This document shows positions 22,061 to 31,264 of a stretch of 64,000 nt of DNA, piece after piece. The notes below the pieces were generated by a model, which saw nothing but the letters and a program-made list of their open reading frames with translations, was not told the origin of the DNA and did no database searches. The position numbers and the translations under genes are program-made. Numbering within the stretch: the first letter of the stretch is position 1; every line of letters begins with the position of its first letter. This DNA comes from Marinoscillum sp. MHG1-6 (GTDB taxonomy: Bacteria > Bacteroidota > Bacteroidia > Cytophagales > Cyclobacteriaceae): assembly GCF_024714475.1 (NCBI RefSeq), contig NZ_JAMZMI010000007.1:63498-127497 (forward strand), written 5' to 3'.

Positions 22061-23497
22061 ATGAGCCCAATACTCGTCGGCACAATCATATTAACCTACT
22101 TTTTTATCCTCATTATCATCTCCCATTTTACATCCAAAGGGGGATCGGATGAGGATTTTTATACAGCCCAAAGACAGTCTCCCTGGTACCTTGTAGCATT
22201 TGGAATGATTGGGGCTTCCCTGTCGGGGGTCACATTTATCTCCGTTCCGGGCGAAGTAGGCACGAGTAGTTTTCACTACTTTCAGGTCGTCCTCGGCTAC
22301 CTGGTTGGGTATGCGGTCATCAGCCATATTCTGCTCCCTATTTATTACCGTTTGAATCTGGTTTCGATCTACACTTACCTGGAACAGCGTTTTGGCTTTT
22401 GGTCCTATAAATCAGGTGCGTTTTACTTCCTCCTTAGTCGAATCATAGGCTCTTCCTTCCGCTTGTTTCTTGTGGCAGGGGTGCTGCAAATATCATTCTT
22501 TGATGCCTTTGGACTCCCATTTTGGGTTTCTGTGCTTACCACGGTGGTATTGATCTGGATCTACACTTTTCGTGGGGGGATTCGAACAGTAGTATGGACA
22601 GACACCCTTCAGACCACCTTTATGATTGCTTCAGTAGTGATCAGCATTTCTTTCATAACCGGCGAAATGAACCTTAGCATGGGTGAAATGATCTACGGAT
22701 TAATGGAAGATCAGCGAAGTACTATTTTTAATTGGGACTGGCAAAGCGGCAGAAATTTCTTTAAACAGTTTTTTGCAGGAGCTTTCATAGCCATTGTGAT
22801 GACAGGACTGGATCAAGATATGATGCAGAAAAACCTCACTTGCCGCACACTCAAAGATGCCCAGAAAAACATCTTTTGGTTTTGTATCATACTGGTGATA
22901 GTCAACTTCCTGTTTCTGAGCATGGGATTATTGCTTTTCCAATTTGCAGAGACCAATCAGATAGCCATTCCCGAAAGGACCGACTACCTTTTCCCTACCA
23001 TCGCCATTGACCATTTTCACATGCTTGGGGCTGTGGTCTTTCTTCTTGGGATTGTAGCAGCCGCTTATTCCAGTGCTGACTCAGCATTGACGGCATTGAC
23101 CACGTCCTTTTGTGTTGACTTCCTGGGCTTCACCAAAGAAAATTACGGTGAAAGGAAAAAGCTTCGGATGCTCATTCATTTTGGGTTTTCAATCGTGTTG
23201 TTTTTGGTGATTCTGGTATTTCACGCCGTCAATGACCAAAGTGTGATCACCGCTGTTTTTGTAGCTGCCGGGTATACTTATGGCCCCCTATTGGGACTAT
23301 TTGCTTTTGGGATTTTCACCAAATGGCAACTCAAAGATCAATATGTGCCTGCCGTCTGTCTGATCAGCCCGATACTTTCCTATATCATCAATCTAAACTC
23401 TGTGGCCTGGCTAGGCGGCTATAAATTCGGTTTTGAGATATTGATCCTAAATGGACTGTTGACCTTTGTGGGATTAGCTACAATACGTAAGTATTAA
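22061..23497 (+). CDS. Sodium:solute symporter (SSF) family transporter
   Basis: About 13 TM helices with SSF-type conserved segments (GASLSGVTFISVPGEVG). Confidence 0.85.
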   Translation: MSPILVGTIILTYFFILIIISHFTSKGGSDEDFYTAQRQSPWYLVAFGMIGASLSGVTFISVPGEVGTSSFHYFQVVLGYLVGYAVISHILLPIYYRLNLVSIYTYLEQRFGFWSYKSGAFYFLLSRIIGSSFRLFLVAGVLQISFFDAFGLPFWVSVLTTVVLIWIYTFRGGIRTVVWTDTLQTTFMIASVVISISFITGEMNLSMGEMIYGLMEDQRSTIFNWDWQSGRNFFKQFFAGAFIAIVMTGLDQDMMQKNLTCRTLKDAQKNIFWFCIILVIVNFLFLSMGLLLFQFAETNQIAIPERTDYLFPTIAIDHFHMLGAVVFLLGIVAAAYSSADSALTALTTSFCVDFLGFTKENYGERKKLRMLIHFGFSIVLFLVILVFHAVNDQSVITAVFVAAGYTYGPLLGLFAFGIFTKWQLKDQYVPAVCLISPILSYIINLNSVAWLGGYKFGFEILILNGLLTFVGLATIRKY

Positions 23498-23522
23498 TTA
23501 TATTTACATTTTATAAATATAA
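23498..23522. promoter_or_regulatory. Palindrome TTATATTTA-N7-TAAATATAA immediately upstream of the antitoxin start; putative toxin-antitoxin operator or promoter
   Basis: Inverted repeat read directly. It fills the whole gap between the transporter stop and the antitoxin ATG. AT-rich, so could be coincidental. Confidence 0.35.
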
Positions 23523-23523
23523 A

Positions 23524-23757
23524 ATGACCACATTCACCAGTTCACTACCGGATCGCCTACTCCAAGAGCTTAATAAAAAGGCTACTGAACTCTCTATTCC
23601 AAAAAATAAGCTGATTGAAAAAGCGCTGACTATTTACCTGGATCAACTCAATAAAGCTGAATACATCAAATCTTACAAGCAGGCCGGTCAGGATGTTGAT
23701 ATTATGAATATCGCCGAAGAGGGCATGGCAGATTATTTCAAACAAATCGAAGAGTGA
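23524..23757 (+). CDS. Ribbon-helix-helix (CopG-like) antitoxin
   Basis: 77 aa. N-terminal RHH-like LPDRLLQELNKKATELSIPKNKLIEKAL. Overlaps the downstream MazF-family gene by 4 nt (ATGA). Confidence 0.65.
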   Translation: MTTFTSSLPDRLLQELNKKATELSIPKNKLIEKALTIYLDQLNKAEYIKSYKQAGQDVDIMNIAEEGMADYFKQIEE

Positions 23758-24086
23758 AGCAAAGAGAAATCTGGATTGCCTCGCTTGACCCAACTGAAGG
23801 GTCCGAACAGAACGGCACACGTCCTGTAGTCATTCTGAGTGGTAATATGATGAATGAGTTGTTGCAAGTGGTGATTGTATGCCCATTGACCTCCAATGTA
23901 AAAGGCTATAAAGGAAATATAATACTCCAGCCGGACAATGTTAACAACCTTACTTCTCCTTCTGAAACACTTATTTTTCATATTCGATCTGTTTCAAAAT
24001 TCAGGTTGGTCAGAAAAGTTGGAAAAATCACGCAGGACCAGTTGACACAACTCAAAAATAGTTTGGATGATATTCTCAGGTATTGA
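23754..24086 (+). CDS. mazF: Type II toxin, MazF/PemK/Kid family endoribonuclease
   Basis: REIWIASLDPTEGSEQNGTRPVVILS...VIVCPLTS is the MazF/PemK signature. Confidence 0.8.
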   Translation: MKQREIWIASLDPTEGSEQNGTRPVVILSGNMMNELLQVVIVCPLTSNVKGYKGNIILQPDNVNNLTSPSETLIFHIRSVSKFRLVRKVGKITQDQLTQLKNSLDDILRY

Positions 24087-24088
24087 CG

Positions 24089-24445
24089 CTACAACAACTC
24101 CTTGATCGGTTCCCAGTATAGTTTTTCAAAACCCACCACCTGATCGTCTATCACATTAATTCCTTCAGCCTCGAGTAACTCCTGCATTCGGGTTGGAGTA
24201 GCAAAGTGATGCTTTCCGGTCAAAAGTCCCTTTCGGTTAAGCACGCGATGTGCGGGCACGCCCTCCGGAGCGCCGTTCATGGCCCAACCCACCATTCTGG
24301 CACTACTTTTTAATCCAAGGTATTCCCCGATGGCCCCATAGCTGGTCACTCTCCCTCTGGGAATGAGCTTTGCGACTTCATAGATATCATTGAAAAAACC
24401 GGATTGATCTTTTGCCATAACTTTGAATAACACCCAACAATTCAA
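24089..24445 (-). CDS. Alkyltransferase-like (ATL) protein: MGMT-fold DNA-binding domain lacking the catalytic cysteine (PAHRV instead of PCHRV)
   Basis: 118 aa with only the C-terminal Ogt-like domain (SYGAIGEYLG...SARMVGWAMNGAPEGVPAHRVLN). Confidence 0.75.
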   Translation of the reverse strand: MNCWVLFKVMAKDQSGFFNDIYEVAKLIPRGRVTSYGAIGEYLGLKSSARMVGWAMNGAPEGVPAHRVLNRKGLLTGKHHFATPTRMQELLEAEGINVIDDQVVGFEKLYWEPIKELL

Positions 24446-24447
24446 AG

Positions 24448-25125
24448 ATGAGCAAAAACATAATTATAACCGGTACCACTGGCAATCTCGGATCAGCCGT
24501 GGCAAAAAAATTTATCAGCGAAGGCTATCACGTCCTTGGCTCTTCTACACCAGGCAGAAGCACACCTGACGATGGTGTAGACTATTTCGAGGCGGATCTC
24601 ACCAACCCAGATTCATCAAAGGAATTCTTTAAAAGAGCATTTAAGAAATATGATACGATAATTGCGGGTATTTTTTTGGTTGGGGGCTTCGGAATGAGCA
24701 ATATCGAAAACACTGAGGATAAAGACATTCACAAGATGTTTAACCTCAATTTTTTGACTGCCTTTCACTGCACCAAAAACTTATATCCTCACTTGAAATT
24801 GTACGGAGGTGGAAAGATGGTGGTGGTGGGAGCCAAACCTGCATTGGAAGGGGGCGGTGCCGCTATGCTTCCTTACACGATTTCGAAAAATGCCGTCATG
24901 AAATTAGCTGAGCTGCTCAATGAAACCGGTCAGGATGATTATATTCAAACCTCTGTCATCATCCCAAGCATCATCGATACACCGGTCAACCGTGAAGCTA
25001 TGCCAAAAGCCAATTTCTCTGACTGGGTGACTCCCGAATCTATCGCTGAAAGTATCTATTTCCTCATCTCGGAAAAGGGAAATAAGCTACGGGACACGGT
25101 GCTTAAGTTATATGGTAATAGTTAG
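24448..25125 (+). CDS. SDR-family NAD(P)-dependent oxidoreductase
   Basis: TGTTGNLGSAVAKK Rossmann motif. Confidence 0.8.
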   Translation: MSKNIIITGTTGNLGSAVAKKFISEGYHVLGSSTPGRSTPDDGVDYFEADLTNPDSSKEFFKRAFKKYDTIIAGIFLVGGFGMSNIENTEDKDIHKMFNLNFLTAFHCTKNLYPHLKLYGGGKMVVVGAKPALEGGGAAMLPYTISKNAVMKLAELLNETGQDDYIQTSVIIPSIIDTPVNREAMPKANFSDWVTPESIAESIYFLISEKGNKLRDTVLKLYGNS

Positions 25126-25547
25126 TCTACCTTCTCAACTTCAGCTTCTTCGATTATATAAAAAAGATGTAAAGGGCTGCCTGCATTGAGACGGAGACGT
25201 CCTTTGATCTTCACCTTTTCGTCTTTAAAGCGAGTAGTTTCCGGGGTATAGACCTCTGCGACCGTCTCCGGCCCGGCATTACCACAGAAAAAGCAAGAGC
25301 TGTATGGGAAACGGGAAAGTACGAAGTACTCTTGATTGGCCCTGGACTGTAGCGGAATGACATAACCTTCAAGCTCAATAATTTTACCGTCAAATGCTTT
25401 CAGGTCATCTGAGAAGATAGGAACATCAATTGATTCGCTCAAAATTTCATCAAATTGACGGTCTATCTTGAGCTTACTTAAGGTATCCCAACCCTCAAAG
25501 GGAGGATCGGTAGCCAGCATTAAAAACAAAAGAAAAATTAACCTCAT
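25122..25547 (-). CDS. Secreted hypothetical protein (DUF3299-like, conserved CFFCGNAGPE motif)
   Basis: Signal peptide. Family assignment from memory of the motif, not searched. Confidence 0.5.
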   Translation of the reverse strand: MRLIFLLFLMLATDPPFEGWDTLSKLKIDRQFDEILSESIDVPIFSDDLKAFDGKIIELEGYVIPLQSRANQEYFVLSRFPYSSCFFCGNAGPETVAEVYTPETTRFKDEKVKIKGRLRLNAGSPLHLFYIIEEAEVEKVD

Positions 25548-25633
25548 AGCCTATCTGAGATATTCAAAACTAATCATTCGTCGTACTTTTCTTTATAACT
25601 GAAAAATATAATTCTTAGTAGCTTTATCACGCA

Positions 25634-26341
25634 ATGAACATTATTGATACCAAAAGCATTTCCAAAATGTATGAAATGGGTAGTGAGACCATTCATGCTC
25701 TGGAATCTATTTCAATACAAATCAAAAAAGGGGAATATGTTGCCTTCATGGGACCATCCGGTTCCGGCAAATCCACCCTTATGAATATTGTAGGTTGTCT
25801 GGACACGCCATCTTCGGGAGAATACATCCTCAATGGACACGATGTCAGTGATCTGAGTGATGATGAACTGGCCGAAATCAGAAATAAGGAAATAGGATTC
25901 GTCTTTCAAACCTTTAACCTGCTGCCAAAGTCAACTTCATTGGAAAATGTGGCATTACCGCTCATTTATGCAGGATACGACAAAGAAGAACGTGACGAAA
26001 TGGCTCGAAAGGCCTTAGCTAATGTGGATTTGGAAAACCGTGCAGACCATAAACCCAATGAGCTCTCCGGGGGACAAAGACAGCGTGTGGCTATCGCCAG
26101 GGCTTTGGTTAATAATCCAAGTATTATCCTTGCGGACGAACCTACCGGAAACCTGGACTCCAAGACCTCCTACAGTATTATGGATCTTTTCGCAGAACTT
26201 CATAATAGAGGCAACACGATCATCATGGTTACGCATGAAGAAGATATTGCAGAATATGCTCATCGCATTATCAGACTCAAAGACGGATTAATAGAGTCCG
26301 ATATAAAAAACGAAAACATCAGACAGGCTGTACCTGTTTAA
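25634..26341 (+). CDS. ABC transporter ATP-binding protein (MacB/LolD-like)
   Basis: Walker [10 protein letters not shown], signature LSGGQRQRV, Walker B ILADEPT. Confidence 0.9.
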   Translation: MNIIDTKSISKMYEMGSETIHALESISIQIKKGEYVAFMGPSGSGKSTLMNIVGCLDTPSSGEYILNGHDVSDLSDDELAEIRNKEIGFVFQTFNLLPKSTSLENVALPLIYAGYDKEERDEMARKALANVDLENRADHKPNELSGGQRQRVAIARALVNNPSIILADEPTGNLDSKTSYSIMDLFAELHNRGNTIIMVTHEEDIAEYAHRIIRLKDGLIESDIKNENIRQAVPV

Positions 26342-26347
26342 CCCTCT

Positions 26348-26911
26348 ATGTCCATTAAGATTTATACCAAAACCGGCGATAAAGGCCAGACATCTTTACT
26401 CGGAGGAAAAAAAGTGGCCAAATCGAGTATAAGAATTGAGTCATATGGCAATATCGATGAGCTCAATTCATTTATCGGACTACTCAAAGATCAACCCGAG
26501 GTGGAAGCCAAAATCAAACAGCAGTTTTATTGGATCCAGGAGCATTTGTTTTCCATCGGCTCCATTTTGGCTTCTGAAAATGGCTTTTCGGGATTTGAAT
26601 TACCTCAAATTGGGGAAACACATATTAAACAACTAGAAGTTTGGATTGACAAATACACTACTGAACTGCCTGAATTAAAGAATTTTATACTTCCGGGAGG
26701 TCACCAAGTTGTATCTTTGTGTCATGTTTGTCGTACTGTATGTCGCAGGGCGGAACGCAGCATTACCCAACTCCATTCCGAGGAGCCCGTTGATGAACAT
26801 ATCATTCCGTTCATTAACCGACTTTCGGATTATTTTTTTGTGATGTCAAGAAAAATGAGTCAGATATTACAAATCGCTGAAGTTCCGTGGAAGCCACAGC
26901 TCGACGATTAA
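26348..26911 (+). CDS. PduO-type ATP:cob(I)alamin adenosyltransferase
   Basis: IYTKTGDKGQTSLLGG...ESYGNIDELNSFIGL N-terminus typical of the PduO/MMAB family. Confidence 0.8.
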   Translation: MSIKIYTKTGDKGQTSLLGGKKVAKSSIRIESYGNIDELNSFIGLLKDQPEVEAKIKQQFYWIQEHLFSIGSILASENGFSGFELPQIGETHIKQLEVWIDKYTTELPELKNFILPGGHQVVSLCHVCRTVCRRAERSITQLHSEEPVDEHIIPFINRLSDYFFVMSRKMSQILQIAEVPWKPQLDD

Positions 26912-26922
26912 AATTTAGTGGT

Positions 26923-27987
26923 ATGACTGAGACAATGGAAATTAAAATCAAGAAGACAACCAATTCCAAATTGGAGAGTACGGATCTGACTAATCCTGTT
27001 TTTGGGAAAGTCTATTCCGACCACATGTTTATTGCAGACTACGCCAATGGCGAATGGGGTGATCTAAGGATTGTTCCTTATGGCAACCTGAGTATCAGCC
27101 CGGCCAACACCACACTGCACTACTCTTCAACCATTTTTGAAGGACTGAAAGCCTACAGAGGAAAAAATGATGAAATACTTGTTTTCCGACCTGAAGCAAA
27201 TGCAAAGCGTTTGATCAAAAGTGCGGAACGTATGTGCATGCCGGCCGTTCCGGAAGAGCTATTCATGCAAGCTATGACTGAGCTTCTGAAACTGGATTCT
27301 TCGTGGGTGCCAGGTGAGCCGAACACCTCCTTGTACATTCGTCCGTTCGAAATTGCGATGGATCCTTACGTTGGCATTCGCCCGTCTGACACGTATTCAT
27401 TTATCATTATTACAGGCCCAGTAGGTGCTTACTACTCTAAGCCTGTAAAGGTGAAGATTGAAAAACATTATACCCGTGCTGCTGAAGGTGGTACTGGTTT
27501 TGCCAAGACAGGTGGAAATTATGCTGCGGCATTGAAGCCTGCTGTCGATGCGGCAAAACAGGGTTATGACCAATTGATCTGGACGGACTCTAAAACGCAT
27601 GAGTATGTTGAGGAATCAGGCACCATGAATCTGATGTTTGTAATTGATGACACTCTGGTGACAGCTCCTGCGGGAGACACTATTCTTCATGGGATCACCA
27701 GAGATAGTATTCTTACCCTTGCCAAAGATATGGGCATGGAGGTAGAAGAAAGGCCTGTGAGCGTGAAGGAAGTCGTGGCTGCCATTGAAAAAGGTACACT
27801 TCAGGAGGCATTTGGTGCGGGTACTGCTGCGACAGTGGCGCAAATTCAAACGATCAGCAATGATGGTATTGATTACGAGCTACCTGCTATCGAGACCAGA
27901 AAATATTCTAACGGATTTCTTGACACCCTCAACAAGATCAAGACCGGAGAAATTGAAGATAAACACGGATGGGTTTATAAAATTTAG
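26923..27987 (+). CDS. ilvE: Branched-chain amino acid aminotransferase
   Basis: Class IV aminotransferase signature regions. Start set at MTETMEIK, trimmed from the 26887 ORF start. Confidence 0.85.
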   Translation: MTETMEIKIKKTTNSKLESTDLTNPVFGKVYSDHMFIADYANGEWGDLRIVPYGNLSISPANTTLHYSSTIFEGLKAYRGKNDEILVFRPEANAKRLIKSAERMCMPAVPEELFMQAMTELLKLDSSWVPGEPNTSLYIRPFEIAMDPYVGIRPSDTYSFIIITGPVGAYYSKPVKVKIEKHYTRAAEGGTGFAKTGGNYAAALKPAVDAAKQGYDQLIWTDSKTHEYVEESGTMNLMFVIDDTLVTAPAGDTILHGITRDSILTLAKDMGMEVEERPVSVKEVVAAIEKGTLQEAFGAGTAATVAQIQTISNDGIDYELPAIETRKYSNGFLDTLNKIKTGEIEDKHGWVYKI

Positions 27988-28049
27988 GAAGCAATGTCAC
28001 ATTGAGCTGCCATGAATCGGCTGGTTGAAATGTGACCGTTAATAATCGA

Positions 28050-28082
28050 ATCCCACCTGATTGATCGGGTGGGATTTTTTGT
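28050..28082 (+). terminator. Intrinsic terminator after ilvE
   Basis: cccacctgattgatcgggtggg hairpin plus TTTTTT. Confidence 0.7.
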
Positions 28083-28715
28083 TATCCAAATAACAATTCA
28101 GTTATATTATATTTTACGCTTTATTTGTCACCCCGAAGAATGAGGAATCAATCTGGAAACCTTTAGTGTAACTTGAAAAAGCACAATCAGCCTTTTTACC
28201 GCCGAGAACACTAAGGGCGCAAAGGACTATTTTTTGGTAAATCTCGATTCTCCTTTATTAGATAAAACCACTTTTCATTCAGAGAAAGAAGGCTGTAATT
28301 CTCCAATAAGACTTTAGTCACCACCGTCTCTGTTCTCTCGGCCATCTCCGTGGTGAGAGAAAAGGAGGGAATTCTCATCTCAGAATGTCTCTATTAAAAA
28401 AGCACAATCGCCCCGCAACTTTATTGGTTTATCCAAAAATGAGGGATCTTCCTCTTTCGATAAACCGATAGTTTAAAGTAAGATTCCACTAGCCATCCGC
28501 CTCCTAAAGTGGAAATGACAATACTGATTTGTCAGCACCTAAACCTGCCTTCAGGTATAGACAATTGGACGCATTGGAGCAGCATTTAAGTAATAAATTC
28601 TGACAATGTGTCACAATCTGTCTGACATAAACCAATCAAAACGCGGTTGGCACAACCATTGATCAATTGGAATTGAATTTGAATTTTAGAAAATCTTAAT
28701 AATAAATAAACGGAC

Positions 28716-30647
28716 ATGGGAAAAATTATCGGCATAGACCTAGGTACCACCAACTCCTGCGTGGCGGTAATGGAGGGTAACGAGCCTGTAGTGATTCAAA
28801 ACAGCGAAGGGCGAAGAACCACACCATCTATCGTCGCGTTCCTGGACAATGGTAACGGCGAAAGAAAAGTTGGTGACCCGGCTAAGCGTCAGGCGATCAC
28901 TAACCCACAAAACACCATTAGCTCAGTGAAGCGTTTCATGGGTAAGAAATTTGGTGAGGTTGCAGAAGAAAGAAAAAACGTTTCATACGGACTGGAGTCT
29001 GGCAGCAATGACGTGGTAAGAGTTAAAATCGGTGACAGAAATTATACACCACAGGAAATTTCTGCAATGATCCTTCAAAAAATGAAGTCAACCGCAGAAG
29101 ACTTCTTGGGTCAGGAAGTAGCAGAAGCTGTGATCACCGTTCCGGCATACTTTAACGATGCTGAGCGTCAAGCAACCAAAGAAGCTGGTCAAATCGCAGG
29201 ACTTGATGTAAAAAGAATTATCAACGAGCCTACTGCTGCAGCACTGGCTTACGGTTTGGATAAGAAAAATGCTGACATGAAAATCGCGGTGTATGACCTT
29301 GGTGGTGGTACATTCGATATTTCAATACTAGAGCTTGGTGATGGCGTATTTGAAGTAAAATCTACCAACGGAGATGTTCACCTTGGTGGTGATGACTTCG
29401 ACTCTGTAATCATGAACTGGTTGGCAGAAGAATTTAAAAGCGATGAAGGAATTGATCTAAGAAAAGATCCAATGGCCCTTCAAAGACTAAAAGAAGCTGC
29501 GGAGAAAGCTAAAATCGAGTTGTCTTCTTCTTCATCTACGGAGATCAACTTGCCATACATCATGCCGGTAGACGGAGTGCCAAAGCACCTTGTACGAAGC
29601 CTGAGCAGAAGCAAGTTTGAACAACTAAGTGATGACCTGATCAGAAGATCTATGGAGCCTTGTAAAAAAGCCTTGGCTGATGCCGGACTTTCTGCTTCAG
29701 AAATCGACGAAGTGATTCTTGTGGGTGGTTCAACTCGTATTCCTAAGATCCAGGAAGAAGTTGAGAAATTCTTCGGTAAGAAGCCTTCAAAGGGAGTTAA
29801 CCCGGATGAGGTGGTTGCAATCGGAGCAGCTATCCAAGGAGGTGTACTAACGGGTGAAGTAAAAGATGTACTTCTTCTAGATGTGACTCCACTTTCTCTG
29901 GGTATTGAAACACTAGGTGGTGTATTCACCAAATTGATTGAGTCGAATACGACAATCCCTAGTAAAAAATCTGAGACATTTTCAACTGCCGCTGATAACC
30001 AGCCTTCTGTAGAGATTCACGTCCTACAGGGAGAGCGTCCGATGGCAAAAGACAACAGATCAATCGGAAGGTTCCACCTGGATGGAATTCCACCGGCACC
30101 TAGAGGAGTACCTCAGGTAGAAGTGACTTTTGATATTGATGCGAATGGTATCCTTCATGTATCAGCTAAAGACAAAGGAACTGGTAAAGAGCAGAAAATC
30201 AGAATTGAAGCTTCTTCCGGATTGTCAGATGAGGAAATCGAAAAAATGAAGCAAGAGGCGCAAGCCAACGCTGACTCTGATAAAGCGGCAAAAGAAAAGG
30301 TAGAGAAAGTGAATCAGGCTGATTCATTGATCTTCCAAACTGAAAAGCAGTTGAAAGACTATGGTGATAAACTTTCTGATGGTAATAAAACGGCTATCGA
30401 AGGGGCATTGACCAAGTTGAAAGAAGCACATGCTGCTCAGGATGCTGAAGGTATCGATGCAGGAATGGAAGCTTTGAACAACGCATGGCAAGCTGCTTCT
30501 CAGGAAATCTACGCAGCACAACAGGCTGCTGAAGGCGCTGAGAAAGCTCAATCTACCGATGCAGAAGGAGGAGGAGATGCTGCTGGCGGTTCTGACTCTG
30601 ATGTATCAGATGTAGAATTCGAAGAGGTTAACGACGAGAAGAAGTAA
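28716..30647 (+). CDS. dnaK: Molecular chaperone DnaK (Hsp70)
   Basis: [36 protein letters not shown]. Confidence 0.97.
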   Translation: MGKIIGIDLGTTNSCVAVMEGNEPVVIQNSEGRRTTPSIVAFLDNGNGERKVGDPAKRQAITNPQNTISSVKRFMGKKFGEVAEERKNVSYGLESGSNDVVRVKIGDRNYTPQEISAMILQKMKSTAEDFLGQEVAEAVITVPAYFNDAERQATKEAGQIAGLDVKRIINEPTAAALAYGLDKKNADMKIAVYDLGGGTFDISILELGDGVFEVKSTNGDVHLGGDDFDSVIMNWLAEEFKSDEGIDLRKDPMALQRLKEAAEKAKIELSSSSSTEINLPYIMPVDGVPKHLVRSLSRSKFEQLSDDLIRRSMEPCKKALADAGLSASEIDEVILVGGSTRIPKIQEEVEKFFGKKPSKGVNPDEVVAIGAAIQGGVLTGEVKDVLLLDVTPLSLGIETLGGVFTKLIESNTTIPSKKSETFSTAADNQPSVEIHVLQGERPMAKDNRSIGRFHLDGIPPAPRGVPQVEVTFDIDANGILHVSAKDKGTGKEQKIRIEASSGLSDEEIEKMKQEAQANADSDKAAKEKVEKVNQADSLIFQTEKQLKDYGDKLSDGNKTAIEGALTKLKEAHAAQDAEGIDAGMEALNNAWQAASQEIYAAQQAAEGAEKAQSTDAEGGGDAAGGSDSDVSDVEFEEVNDEKK

Positions 30648-30751
30648 GTCGCAACGCGACACGAATACTTCAGACCATACATAGGTCAAAACCGGATCGT
30701 CCCACCTCGGTGGGTAAATTCTCGAAGTAAACCAATGTTATAAATCACAAA

Positions 30752-30780
30752 CCCTCTATCGTTGATAGAGGGTTTTTTGT
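30752..30780 (+). terminator. Intrinsic terminator after dnaK
   Basis: ccctctatcgttgatagaggg hairpin plus TTTTTT. Confidence 0.7.
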
Positions 30781-31238
30781 TGTGAGAAAGGCAGGCCTTG
30801 AGGTTCATGACAGATTGATATATCGATTATTCGCCTTTATTATAAAATATGAAAAAATTATGATTTTTTATCATAAAACACTCATTATCAGCGGGTTGAT
30901 TGTATGGAGATACTCCTTCTTGTATTCTTATTATTTGTGTTAATAAATCAGCTAATCGCACGACGAGATAAGTCGATCAAAGAACATCACGCCTTTTGGT
31001 TTAAAAGGTATAAGCGGCCTTGAGAAAATGCGTTAAGAAAGTTCCGAGCAGAGCGTCGAAAATTCATACTGTCTGACCAAAGGGAGTTTATGAATTTTCA
31101 GCGGAGCGAAGGAAATTTTAGCCAATTTTCTCACAGCCTCGATTTTTTTGGTTCTTTTTGGGTCAAGCCAAAAATGAACAGAAAGTTGCTCCGTAGCCTG
31201 CGGAAGGAAGCTCAAGAAAATTTTTTAAATTATCTCAA

Positions 31239-31260
31239 TAAAAAAGGGGCTCTCGCCCCT
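31239..31260 (-). terminator. Intrinsic terminator after the flotillin gene (minus strand)
   Basis: aggggcgagagcccct hairpin followed by a T-run on the minus strand. Confidence 0.6.
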
Positions 31261-31264
31261 TTCA

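Noticed and set aside
21529-22064. Plus-strand ORFs 21529-21792 and 21792-22064 overlapping recR and clpS
   Set aside because: They are fully embedded antisense in conserved genes and are low-complexity.
29480-30551. Minus-strand ORFs inside dnaK
   Set aside because: Antisense shadow ORFs of a highly conserved gene.
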